DNA of 52,244 nt from Bacilli bacterium. Lineage in GTDB: Bacteria; Bacillota_I; Bacilli_A; RFN20; CAG-826. Both the position numbers and the translations under genes were made by a program. Under the pieces are notes generated by a model. It did no database searches. It saw only the letters and a program-made list of their open reading frames with translations, and was not told the origin of the DNA. Where the stretch lies: contig JBGULD010000028.1 in the NCBI GenBank assembly GCA_045114745.1, forward strand, positions 1-52,244, read 5' to 3'. Below are positions 19,201 through 26,426 of this stretch, piece after piece; within the stretch, counting starts at the first letter, position 1, and every line of letters starts with the position of its first letter.

Positions 19201-19292
19201 TTAGCCTTAAGGGCCTTACTTATTTTCTCAATAGTCAAACCACTTTGTAAGAAGGAATATCCAGTGATAATATGTAGTGGAACAAATTTCAT
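16251..19292 (-). CDS. dnaE: DNA polymerase III alpha subunit (DnaE type)
   Basis: PHP-domain start MKFVPLHIITGYSFLQSG, GPGRGSAAGSLVSYLL, PDIDVDF, and an OB-fold C-terminus. 1013 aa. The polA start follows its stop by 2 nt. Confidence 0.95.
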   Translation of the reverse strand: MKFVPLHIITGYSFLQSGLTIEKISKALKANDYFGVGISDNEVMYGIPEFAKMASSLNKPFIIGESFYVEGDYLCLYVINEDGYRNLMTINNSMQKEELSLDLIKKNSSGLVAILETARGSFKEKFVEDYDSSFNKYLLRYASIFSDNFYLGIEVTSKEEVKYANRVRKFANEFTYECIAFPRIRYEKKDDAIVINMVEAISNDEKLDIKKASGQDYFMKEEDYAKIYSKKEMENTVKLVKSSSFELMQKRGELLHYPVKDSKEELKRLCHENLIKLGLNDDKHINRLNHELEVIFSMGYADYFLIVQDYVNFAKTHDVLVGPGRGSAAGSLVSYLLNISEVDPLDYDLQFERFLNPYRKTMPDIDVDFMDVKRDAMVQYMKEKYGPNRVANIVTFQTIGAKQSLRDVGRIYNFPSHHIDLLSKRLTNKDFGLRESYKKLPEFRSLVDSDPYFLEIVSLASKIEGLPRQSGLHAAGIVLDEKPLEESIPVTILLGDNYVSQYEMGYLEEQGLLKMDFLSLSNLTIIYNCVALINHNHKGVNLDPDKIPYNEPEIFDLISKNKTMGLFQIETNAMKKAIKILKPSNFDDVVALLALNRPGPMEYIPNYARRKEGKEKINYVSDDLKEILAPTYGIIVYQEQINSIATKMAGFSLGEADVFRRAISKKEKDKILSSQKQFIDGAKKNGYSEDVAKKVFSNILRFAEYGFNKSHSVVYSIIACRMAWLKVHYPLEFYSALLGSSAATSDSKFNEYVAEMSSLGIKMLPPSINYSSDTFIIKDNALLFPLTSIKDVNITLMNKIAQERAENGLFKDFFNFVLRMFNHKITENQMQSLISSGAFDEFYPSRESMRLTVKSALQYAELNHSDDGQLSIGIDLIAPPRMNKGEDNPLENLDKEYEAIGIMLSDNPLRYKHDLLEKKNVTSIVEAKEMDKAVVAGIIKSKKVINTKKGTPMAFVKIFDETGDMEITIFPKQYGPIMSLIEKNNIILVNITHQVSQGEDTYIADEIQRLEEE

Positions 19293-19315
19293 ACTAATAT
19301 AAGTATATTAGAAAT

Positions 19316-19348
19316 AAATAAAAAAATGTACCCAATTTTGGATACATT
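19316..19348 (-). terminator. Rho-independent terminator between nrnA and dnaE
   Basis: Minus strand: ATGTATCC-AAAATT-GGGTACAT (one G-U pair) followed by TTTTTTT. Confidence 0.65.
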
Positions 19349-19368
19349 TTTCACTTATTTTTCACTTA
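19347..19368. repeat. Perfect 11-bp tandem duplication (TTTTTCACTTA x2)
   Basis: 19347-19357 and 19358-19368 are identical. The repeat abuts the nrnA stop codon. Confidence 0.9.
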
Positions 19369-20367
19369 TTAGAACAAGGCATCAAGTGCGGCGATAAATC
19401 TTGGCAAATCATCAAGTGTATCGATTTTCGCACCGCTGGCTTGAGCGTGACCGCCTCCACCGAATTCAGTAGCGACACCATTGATGGCTTTTTCTTTAGA
19501 ACGGATGGAGATTCTCCAACATGGTTCTTTGGGATTTTCATCTTGAGTGATGGAACACCAAACATTAATACCTTCGATATTAGCGAATAAGTTAACATTC
19601 TCTTTTCCGCGTTCAGTGGTGATGTTGAGTTCCTTTTGAATTTTGCTATCTAAAACATAGTAGGCAACACCTTTTTCGCTGACATGGAAGTGGTTTAAAA
19701 TATAAGCGGTAACTTGTAAGTCCTCAATCTTCTTGAGATACATGTTTTGATAAATCTTGGAAAGTTCAATTCCCGCTTTCAATAATTCACCCGCAATAGC
19801 GAGGGTGTGTTGTGATGTGGAAGAGTACATAAACCTTCCAGAATCACCCACTAAAGCGATATAGAAATAGCTAGCGGCTTCTTTACTTAAAACATAGTCG
19901 CCTTTTAAGTTTAATAAAGCACTGACGATGTTTTCACTTGCGGCAGCAGCGCTAGTGTTAACGATGGAGATATTACCCCAGTGTTCAACATCTGGGTGAT
20001 GGTCGATTTTGATTTTGAATTTTGCTTTTTTAAATCTTGGATCTGCAATTCTCTTTTCGTTGCCGACATCAAGGATGAAAGCAAGGAATGGTTTTTTAAA
20101 CCAAGATTCTGGTAATTCTTCCATCTCTGGGAATAACCTTGGAGTGAATGTCACGTGATTATCACCGACAACATGAACCTCTTTTTCTGGGAAATTATCT
20201 TTAATCCAAGTATATAAACCCATTTGGCTACCTAATGCATCATAGTCAGGCATTAAGTGACGGAAAATACAAATTCTGTCATATCTTTTAATCGCCGCGA
20301 GAATACGACGAATATCCTTCATATAAGGTTTGGAAAATTCTTTAATAACGGGGTCGACTCTTTTCAT
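19369..20367 (-). CDS. nrnA: DHH/DHHA1-family oligoribonuclease / pAp phosphatase NrnA
   Basis: Motifs IFRHLMPDYDALGS, KIDHHPD (DHH) and FGGGGHAQASG (DHHA1). Adjacent to dnaE, as B. subtilis ytqI is. Confidence 0.85.
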   Translation of the reverse strand: MKRVDPVIKEFSKPYMKDIRRILAAIKRYDRICIFRHLMPDYDALGSQMGLYTWIKDNFPEKEVHVVGDNHVTFTPRLFPEMEELPESWFKKPFLAFILDVGNEKRIADPRFKKAKFKIKIDHHPDVEHWGNISIVNTSAAAASENIVSALLNLKGDYVLSKEAASYFYIALVGDSGRFMYSSTSQHTLAIAGELLKAGIELSKIYQNMYLKKIEDLQVTAYILNHFHVSEKGVAYYVLDSKIQKELNITTERGKENVNLFANIEGINVWCSITQDENPKEPCWRISIRSKEKAINGVATEFGGGGHAQASGAKIDTLDDLPRFIAALDALF

Positions 20368-20381
20368 ATAAACTCCTTATA

Positions 20382-21572
20382 TTATTTAATGCACATTTCG
20401 TAGGCATCTCTAGCAATCATGACCTCTTCATCGGTCGGAATAATGACGACTTTAATCTTGCTATCAGGAGTGGAAATCAAGCATTCTTTTCCGTGAATAG
20501 TGTAGTTTAATTCTTCATCAATCTTCACACCGAGAGATTCGCCGATTAATCGACAGACATCTCTTCTAGTTCTTGGTTCATTTTCACCGATACCAGCAGA
20601 GAAGATAATTAAGTCACATCCACCTAAGCGGACATAATATTGACCGATAAAGTCTGCAATTCTTCTATTGAAAATCTTGTTGGCTAAGATACATCTCTTA
20701 TCGCCTTTTTCAGCATTAGCGAGAATATCTCTAGAGTCGGAGGAACCACCGACACCTAAGAAGCCGGATTGCTTATTGAACATTTGATAGACTTCTTCTG
20801 CGGATTTACCAGTGACTTGGACAACATAGTTGAAAACACTTGGATCCATATCACCAGTTCTTGTGCCCATCATAATTCCACCTAATGGTGTTAAGCCCAT
20901 TGATGTGGCGACACACTTACCATCTCTAATTGCAGTGATGGAAGCGCCGGAACCGATGTGACAAGAAATAATTCTTGGATGTTCAACACCCTTTAAATAT
21001 TTCAATGCTTCTTGTGATAAATATTTATGACTGGTTCCGTGAGCACCATAACGTCTGATGTCATATTTTTCTGTTAATTCATATGGAATAGCAAATGTAT
21101 AATCTTCTTCACTCATTGTTTGATGGAAGGCTGTATCAAAGACTGCGATCATCGGACAATTTGGAAGAACTTCTTTAAATGCTTTGAAACATGTTAAGTG
21201 AGCGGCATTGTGAAGTGGTGCAAGAGGAATTAAAGAACGAATCTTTTCTTCTGTATCTTCATTAAACATTTCGGATTTGCTGAAATATTTACCACCTTGA
21301 ACAATTCTATGTCCCGCTGCTTTGATTTCATCAAATGATTTGATAATACCTTTTTCAATAAAAGCATTAACCACTGTTTTTGCGGCATCTTCGTGATTCT
21401 TAAATACTGGGAATGTTTGATCTTTTTTATCACCGTATTTAATTGTAAAAATGCCATCCGCTAAACCGATTCTTTCACAGTTTCCGGCAGCTAAAACCTT
21501 TTCTTCTGGCATCTCATATAGTTTGAATTTTAAAGAAGATGAACCAGAATTGATTGTCATTACTTTTGCCAT
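20382..21572 (-). CDS. ackA: Acetate kinase
   Basis: VMTINSGSSSLKFKLY, GHRIVQGG, AFHQTM, RRYGAHGTSH, IISCHIGSGASI. Confidence 0.95.
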   Translation of the reverse strand: MAKVMTINSGSSSLKFKLYEMPEEKVLAAGNCERIGLADGIFTIKYGDKKDQTFPVFKNHEDAAKTVVNAFIEKGIIKSFDEIKAAGHRIVQGGKYFSKSEMFNEDTEEKIRSLIPLAPLHNAAHLTCFKAFKEVLPNCPMIAVFDTAFHQTMSEEDYTFAIPYELTEKYDIRRYGAHGTSHKYLSQEALKYLKGVEHPRIISCHIGSGASITAIRDGKCVATSMGLTPLGGIMMGTRTGDMDPSVFNYVVQVTGKSAEEVYQMFNKQSGFLGVGGSSDSRDILANAEKGDKRCILANKIFNRRIADFIGQYYVRLGGCDLIIFSAGIGENEPRTRRDVCRLIGESLGVKIDEELNYTIHGKECLISTPDSKIKVVIIPTDEEVMIARDAYEMCIK

Positions 21573-21712
21573 TATCGTATACCTCTACTAGTCGTTAATA
21601 TTATATAAATAATCGCTTCTATTTTTCAATTAATTGAACGAGAAATAAAAATCGGTTTGAGACGGAAAAACGCGATTTTATCTTACAATATATAAAAATT
21701 GTAACGTTTCGC

Positions 21713-21741
21713 TTTACTATTTTTTCATACACATGTAATAT
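21713..21741 (+). promoter_or_regulatory. Candidate promoter of surface protein 1
   Basis: TTTACT (21713-21718), 17-nt spacer, TAATAT (21736-21741). Confidence 0.4.
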
Positions 21742-21783
21742 ATACGCAATAAATTAATAATTTGTAGGAAAGGAGACGAAAAC

Positions 21784-22953
21784 ATGAAAATTAAAGCAAT
21801 TATTGCTTCTATCGCATTAGCCACTATGGGCACGGGCGCACTTACTGTTGGCCTAGTTAATAGCTCAAGTTCTAAAGAAGCAAAGGCTGAGATTGTTGCC
21901 TCCGGAAAAACTTATATTAGCTTATTCCAATCGAAAGACCAATGGGCATCGGATGGTGCTAAATTTGCTATGTATTATTACAATCAAACCGATTACAACC
22001 CCAAACGCGAAGGTTGGTCAACTGGTTTTGCAACTTTAGTTGATTCTGAATGCTATGTTTATTCGGCAGATTATTCTCTTGAATTCACTCCTAACATGAT
22101 GATTCTTGTTAGATTTAATAGCAGTTCCTCAACTCCAGGTTGGGACAACGGCAAGATTAATCAAACACAAGATTTAGGATTTCATGATGTTGCCTGTGTT
22201 TATCAATGGAGTGATAGCAATGCTTGGACTGATGATTTGGCTACAGTTAAAGGTTTGGCCTCAGATATAGTTCTTGATTCTTATAAAGAAAGTACTGTTG
22301 ATGGTAATCACGGCGAAAGCTATAAGACTGGCGTTTCTTTGAAAGCTGGAGACAAATTCACAGTTTCTCATCAATCAAACACCTATTATGGTTTAAGAAC
22401 ACAAAGTTCAATCTCTGCCAACTTCAAAGTGAATGGTACTCAAATTGAATGTTTGGTGAGTGGAACATATGATTTGTTCTTTAATACTTCTGGCGATCAC
22501 ATGTATTCAAAACAATTATGGATTGAAACAAGCGCTGCTAACGCCGCTGAAGCTTACGCGAACAACTTCCTCACTAACTTTACCTGTGGTGGTACCGAAG
22601 GTCCAGATGCTGGAACAGTTACCGCACCAGAAGGAACATGGGCCAATTTAAAATCCGCTTGGAATTTATTAACCGATGGATCACATTCATACTTCCTTAA
22701 TGCAACACCAAGCGAAAGTGGTGACATTTATGCTCAAGTCATGGCACGTTATAAATACGTCATTGAAAAATACGGCACTGCAGTTTATGAAGATTTCATG
22801 AACAAGGGTTATCAAAAACTCGGCGCAAGCAAAATGAATATAGCAGGCAATACCTCAAACTACGCTGTCATTATTATTGTTTCAGCCAGTATCATTACAA
22901 TCTCTTTATTAGCGGCAGGCTTGTTGCTCAAAAAGAAAAAAGAATCAAAGTAA
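21784..22953 (+). CDS. Surface-anchored protein, paralog 1 (signal peptide, glycan-binding-like modules, conserved C-module, C-terminal TM anchor)
   Basis: N-terminal signal with AKA cleavage-like site. W/Y-rich beta-type modules ending in NQTQDL. Shared module at 22546-22809. C-terminal hydrophobic segment + KKKKESK. AAGGAG SD. Confidence 0.7.
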   Translation: MKIKAIIASIALATMGTGALTVGLVNSSSSKEAKAEIVASGKTYISLFQSKDQWASDGAKFAMYYYNQTDYNPKREGWSTGFATLVDSECYVYSADYSLEFTPNMMILVRFNSSSSTPGWDNGKINQTQDLGFHDVACVYQWSDSNAWTDDLATVKGLASDIVLDSYKESTVDGNHGESYKTGVSLKAGDKFTVSHQSNTYYGLRTQSSISANFKVNGTQIECLVSGTYDLFFNTSGDHMYSKQLWIETSAANAAEAYANNFLTNFTCGGTEGPDAGTVTAPEGTWANLKSAWNLLTDGSHSYFLNATPSESGDIYAQVMARYKYVIEKYGTAVYEDFMNKGYQKLGASKMNIAGNTSNYAVIIIVSASIITISLLAAGLLLKKKKESK

Positions 22954-22977
22954 TCGATTCCTTACAAATTGATGAAT

Positions 22978-23011
22978 AGACACTTACATTAATGTAGGTG
23001 TCTTTTTTTTC
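22978..23011 (+). terminator. Rho-independent terminator
   Basis: AGACACTTACAT-TA-ATGTAGGTGTCT followed by T8. Confidence 0.8.
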
Positions 23012-23129
23012 ATTTTTACATAGTAATTATGCCTGGATTTTTTGGTTTGTTTTTAAATAAATATGGTTTTATAATGTTAATGCTAATATATTGTGCGCAT
23101 TTGTTGATAAGCGCAGAAAGGAAAATAAT

Positions 23130-25310
23130 ATGAAAGCAAAACATGTTTTCACAACACTTGCACTTGCTTTAACTATGGGTCTTGGCGTTGCTGCCGGTTT
23201 ATCTAATGGAAGAAAAACACAAGAAGCAAAGGCCACTCCAACAAGTTTAAGTGGTGTTACTCTTTATTTGGATTCCACCAATTGGGATAACCATAATGCT
23301 GAGTGGCCAGAAAGATATGCCGTTTATACATTCGGTAGTGAAGAACTTTGGTATGACTTAGAACTAGTGGATGGCGAACTAGAAGTATATTCAGTTACAT
23401 TCCCTGGTGAAAATACCAATACAAGCTTTATCTTGTGTCGTATGGATGGCAGGGTAGATCACGAAGCCAACAATTGGAGTAACAGATGGAACCAAACAGA
23501 AAACTTAGAATATGACGGTTCTAAAAATCTTTATACCATTACAACTGCTGTTCCAGAATCGGAAAAATACAATGGTACATGGGGAACATATGTTGAAAAA
23601 ACAGATCCTTCTAATGTCACAAAACATTTTTATGTTCATGACCCGAATTCTGTTTTAGGCAATATTAAATCAGATTCTGATGTAGCAAAAGTCAATGTCT
23701 ATGGATTTGGTCAAGCAGCGACTATTAAACCAGCTGCGATGGTATGGCCTGGAATTCATGACGGAATTACAACCGCTGTCCTTGGTGACACTGATGTCTA
23801 CGAAGTAGAATTAAGTGAATCCTATCCATCATTTATCATTAACTGTGGTGATGGTCAAAATCAAACTGATAACGTTACAGATTTAGCAGATCACGTTGAT
23901 GATGTTTTAGTTATTGATGGTGTTAAATCAGCCAAAACATACAACGTTCACTGGACAAGTGATGTTGATTATAGCATTCCAGAATCCGATGGCTATTATT
24001 TAGTCGGAAGCAAAACTGGATTCAAATTTGAAGGCGCAACAAAGATGGAAACCGTTGGCATTGCCGCCGAAAACTGTGCTGAATTATTAAACTATTCAGC
24101 GGAAAAAGATGAAAAGATTAAAGTTCGTGGTTTCTTCAATGCCGAAAATCCAAGAAATAAATGGAGCTTCTATGGTGGTGCTGATGGAGATTTAGGTGAA
24201 AAAGATGGCAGCGCAAACTTTGTTTTAAAGAAAGCAGCCGATATTGATATCTTTGCCAAATGGGTCAAGACATCAGAAGATCCAGAACCAGAAGTTTGGG
24301 AATTACAATTCTTTGTGACCGAACACGCTGAAAGATATGACATTTCTATTTATGATGTTTTATTCGATGGCTCTCATAAAGCCAGTGTTGCAGTAACACC
24401 ATATGTTGCTAGAGCAACAGAAAACGTTAATTTTGAGTATGTATTACCAGCTAAAGCTGGCTATGTAGCACGTGGTTTATTCACTAATGAAGATTGTGGT
24501 GATGGCGATGCTTACACACCATCCAAGTTTGATAGCGATGGTACTTTATATGCAAAATATACAAAAGTCGGTATGTATATGTTTGGTGATGATACATTCT
24601 CTGGCACCGATTTAGGCTGGACCGTTGATGGTGCTGCAATCCTTCCAGGAGCAACTGATAATCCAGATGCCAATTTATACGAAGGTATCATTACAATTAC
24701 TGGCGCCACTCCAGCAAACCCTGTTCAAGTTAGACCTTGCTACTATGAAGCAGATGGCACTTTAAATTATCCAACCTATTCATTAGGCACAAGCTATGAA
24801 TTTGCTGTGAAAGTCGGAAACAACATTAATTTCAAAGAAGATGGTGTTTATGCAATTTACTACAACAAGGAAAATCAAATTTGGATTAATGCTGGTGCAG
24901 ATGCCTTCTATACCAAATTCATTACAGAAGTTGGTATGATATGTGATTATGATGGTGACACTAATGTTACCAACTTAAAGAGCACTTGGTCCGCTCAAGA
25001 AACAGCATATAATTCCTTAAGCCTTGCTGAAAAGAACACAATTAAAGCTGTTGGCTTTAATGGTGGCAGCGAATCATCTGAACAAAACTTATTGAAGATG
25101 GTTGCTAAATATGCTTACGTCGTTACCAAATATGCCTCTCAAGGTGTTAATGACTTCATTTGGGAAGGCGTCCATAGTTCAACAGGTAATATGAATGCAT
25201 TAAGTGTTGCTAATAACACAACATTAATCGTTATCTTAGCATCCGCGATTACAGTCATTGGTGCTGCCGGATTATTCTTCGTCATTAGACGCAAAAGATT
25301 AACTAAATAA
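23130..25310 (+). CDS. Surface-anchored multi-module putative starch-binding protein, paralog 2
   Basis: Start at MKAKHVF (AAAGGA SD). Signal peptide ending QEAKA. CBM25/26-like module at 23625-23921 (VNVYGFGQ...WPGIHDG...SFIINCGDGQNQTDNVTDL). Shared C-module at 24897-25169. C-terminal TM + RRKRLTK. Confidence 0.7.
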   Translation: MKAKHVFTTLALALTMGLGVAAGLSNGRKTQEAKATPTSLSGVTLYLDSTNWDNHNAEWPERYAVYTFGSEELWYDLELVDGELEVYSVTFPGENTNTSFILCRMDGRVDHEANNWSNRWNQTENLEYDGSKNLYTITTAVPESEKYNGTWGTYVEKTDPSNVTKHFYVHDPNSVLGNIKSDSDVAKVNVYGFGQAATIKPAAMVWPGIHDGITTAVLGDTDVYEVELSESYPSFIINCGDGQNQTDNVTDLADHVDDVLVIDGVKSAKTYNVHWTSDVDYSIPESDGYYLVGSKTGFKFEGATKMETVGIAAENCAELLNYSAEKDEKIKVRGFFNAENPRNKWSFYGGADGDLGEKDGSANFVLKKAADIDIFAKWVKTSEDPEPEVWELQFFVTEHAERYDISIYDVLFDGSHKASVAVTPYVARATENVNFEYVLPAKAGYVARGLFTNEDCGDGDAYTPSKFDSDGTLYAKYTKVGMYMFGDDTFSGTDLGWTVDGAAILPGATDNPDANLYEGIITITGATPANPVQVRPCYYEADGTLNYPTYSLGTSYEFAVKVGNNINFKEDGVYAIYYNKENQIWINAGADAFYTKFITEVGMICDYDGDTNVTNLKSTWSAQETAYNSLSLAEKNTIKAVGFNGGSESSEQNLLKMVAKYAYVVTKYASQGVNDFIWEGVHSSTGNMNALSVANNTTLIVILASAITVIGAAGLFFVIRRKRLTK

Positions 25311-25333
25311 TCATATTGTTGATTATCTATACT

Positions 25334-25358
25334 AGGGCTCTATTGTGAGCCCTTTTTA
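25334..25358 (+). terminator. Rho-independent terminator
   Basis: AGGGCTC-TATTGT-GAGCCCT followed by TTTTAT. Confidence 0.75.
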
Positions 25359-25380
25359 TATGCGCTAGAATAATATTGTT

Positions 25381-25587
25381 ATGAAACTAATAGTGGATTA
25401 TATATCTTCTAATGAATATCCAGACAAGTTTACTATTGGCGATCTTTTACGTTATAAAGATGTCGAACCAGTACCATGGTTAATTGTTGCAGTTAACGAT
25501 GTTTTCTATAAAAGAGATAGATTTGATGAGACTTATCTTAATGATGGAGATAAGGTTGATTTGATATATGTTCGTGGTGGTGGATAA
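25381..25587 (+). CDS. thiS: ThiS/MoaD-type sulfur-carrier (ubiquitin-like) protein
   Basis: 68 aa. VAVNDVFYKRDRFDETYLNDGDKVDLIYVRGGG shows the beta-grasp ThiS pattern, ending in Gly-Gly directly before the stop. Confidence 0.75.
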   Translation: MKLIVDYISSNEYPDKFTIGDLLRYKDVEPVPWLIVAVNDVFYKRDRFDETYLNDGDKVDLIYVRGGG

Positions 25588-25588
25588 T

Positions 25589-26314
25589 ATGAGAAAAGAA
25601 TTAACCCACGAACAATTAGAAAAATACTATTGTTCCATCAAATTAAAAGAAATCGATCAAAAAGGACAATTAAAGCTTCTAAATTCTAAAGTCCTCGTCG
25701 TTGGAGCGGGCGGTTTAGCTTCCTCAACTTTAATGTATTTAGCGTCTTCCGGAATTGGTTTAATCGGCATTATTGATGATGATAATGTTTCCCTTAATAA
25801 TCTTCCAAGACAAATACTATATACTCAATCTGATGTCGGTAAGAAAAAGGTTGAAGCTGCAAGAAGAAAATTAGAATCCTTAGATAAGGATATAGAAGTT
25901 AGAACATATAATGATCGGCTTACAAAATTAAATGTGAGAAAGATTATTAGTGAATATGATTTGGTTCTCGATTGCGTTGATAATTTTGAAACCAAATTCT
26001 TAATTGATGATGCTTGCGTTTTCTTAAATAAACCATTCGTTACCGCTGGGGTTAGCGATTATAGAGGACAAGTCATGACATATGTTCCGAATGTCTCAAG
26101 TGACTTCAAATCTTTGTTCTCAGAATTACCGATTAACATTAACCCTCAAGACCAAGATGATGATGGTGTATTTCCACCCGCTGTTGGGATCATCAGCAAC
26201 ATCCAAGTTTGCGAGGCTTTGAAATACTTGCTAGGTATTGGTGAATTGTTGATTAATCAAATGCTGGTTGTGGATACGCTACTCTGGCGTTTCCAAAAAA
26301 TCGCAATTAAATAG
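25589..26314 (+). CDS. thiF: ThiF/MoeB/HesA-family E1-like adenylyltransferase (no CxxC zinc motifs)
   Basis: VLVVGAGGLASS nucleotide loop, IIDDDNVSLNNLPRQ, LVLDCVDNFETKFLIDDAC. Start placed at ATG 25589, 1 nt after the thiS stop; the alternative is 25568. Confidence 0.8.
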   Translation: MRKELTHEQLEKYYCSIKLKEIDQKGQLKLLNSKVLVVGAGGLASSTLMYLASSGIGLIGIIDDDNVSLNNLPRQILYTQSDVGKKKVEAARRKLESLDKDIEVRTYNDRLTKLNVRKIISEYDLVLDCVDNFETKFLIDDACVFLNKPFVTAGVSDYRGQVMTYVPNVSSDFKSLFSELPININPQDQDDDGVFPPAVGIISNIQVCEALKYLLGIGELLINQMLVVDTLLWRFQKIAIK

Positions 26315-26336
26315 AATTGCATCGATTTATGAAGAT

Positions 26337-26360
26337 AGCACACGTAGTGTGTTATTTTTA
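26337..26360 (+). terminator. Weak terminator after thiF
   Basis: AGCACAC-GTA-GTGTGTT (one G-U pair) followed by ATTTTTA. Confidence 0.35.
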
Positions 26361-26363
26361 TGT

Positions 26364-26393
26364 TTGACACACTCGTATGTATTTATATACAAT
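26364..26393 (+). promoter_or_regulatory. Promoter of surface protein 3
   Basis: TTGACA (26364-26369), 18-nt spacer, TACAAT (26388-26393). Confidence 0.55.
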
Positions 26394-26426
26394 TAGCGTA
26401 ATCACATTTGTGCGAGATATAGACGT

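Noticed and set aside
21695-21712. cre / LacI-family operator-like sequence TTGTAACGTTTCGC upstream of surface protein 1 and ackA.
   Set aside because: The half-sites are one nucleotide out of register relative to TGWAANCGNTNWCA, and only 8 of 14 positions are palindromic. No convincing cre was found at the amylase promoter either.
21729-21736. The 8-mer ACACATGT recurs in three promoter regions: 21729-21736, 28092-28099 and 30990-30997.
   Set aside because: Its distance to the -10 hexamer differs in each case (overlapping, 2 nt, 5 nt). The TG dinucleotides look like part of ordinary extended -10 elements. Three hits are suggestive but not enough without genome-wide statistics.
25311-25380. 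TPP riboswitch upstream of thiS-thiF.
   Set aside because: Only 70 nt are available, and most of that is taken by a terminator hairpin and promoter hexamers. No CUGAGA / ACCUGAUCUGGAUAAUGCCAGCG-like elements are present.
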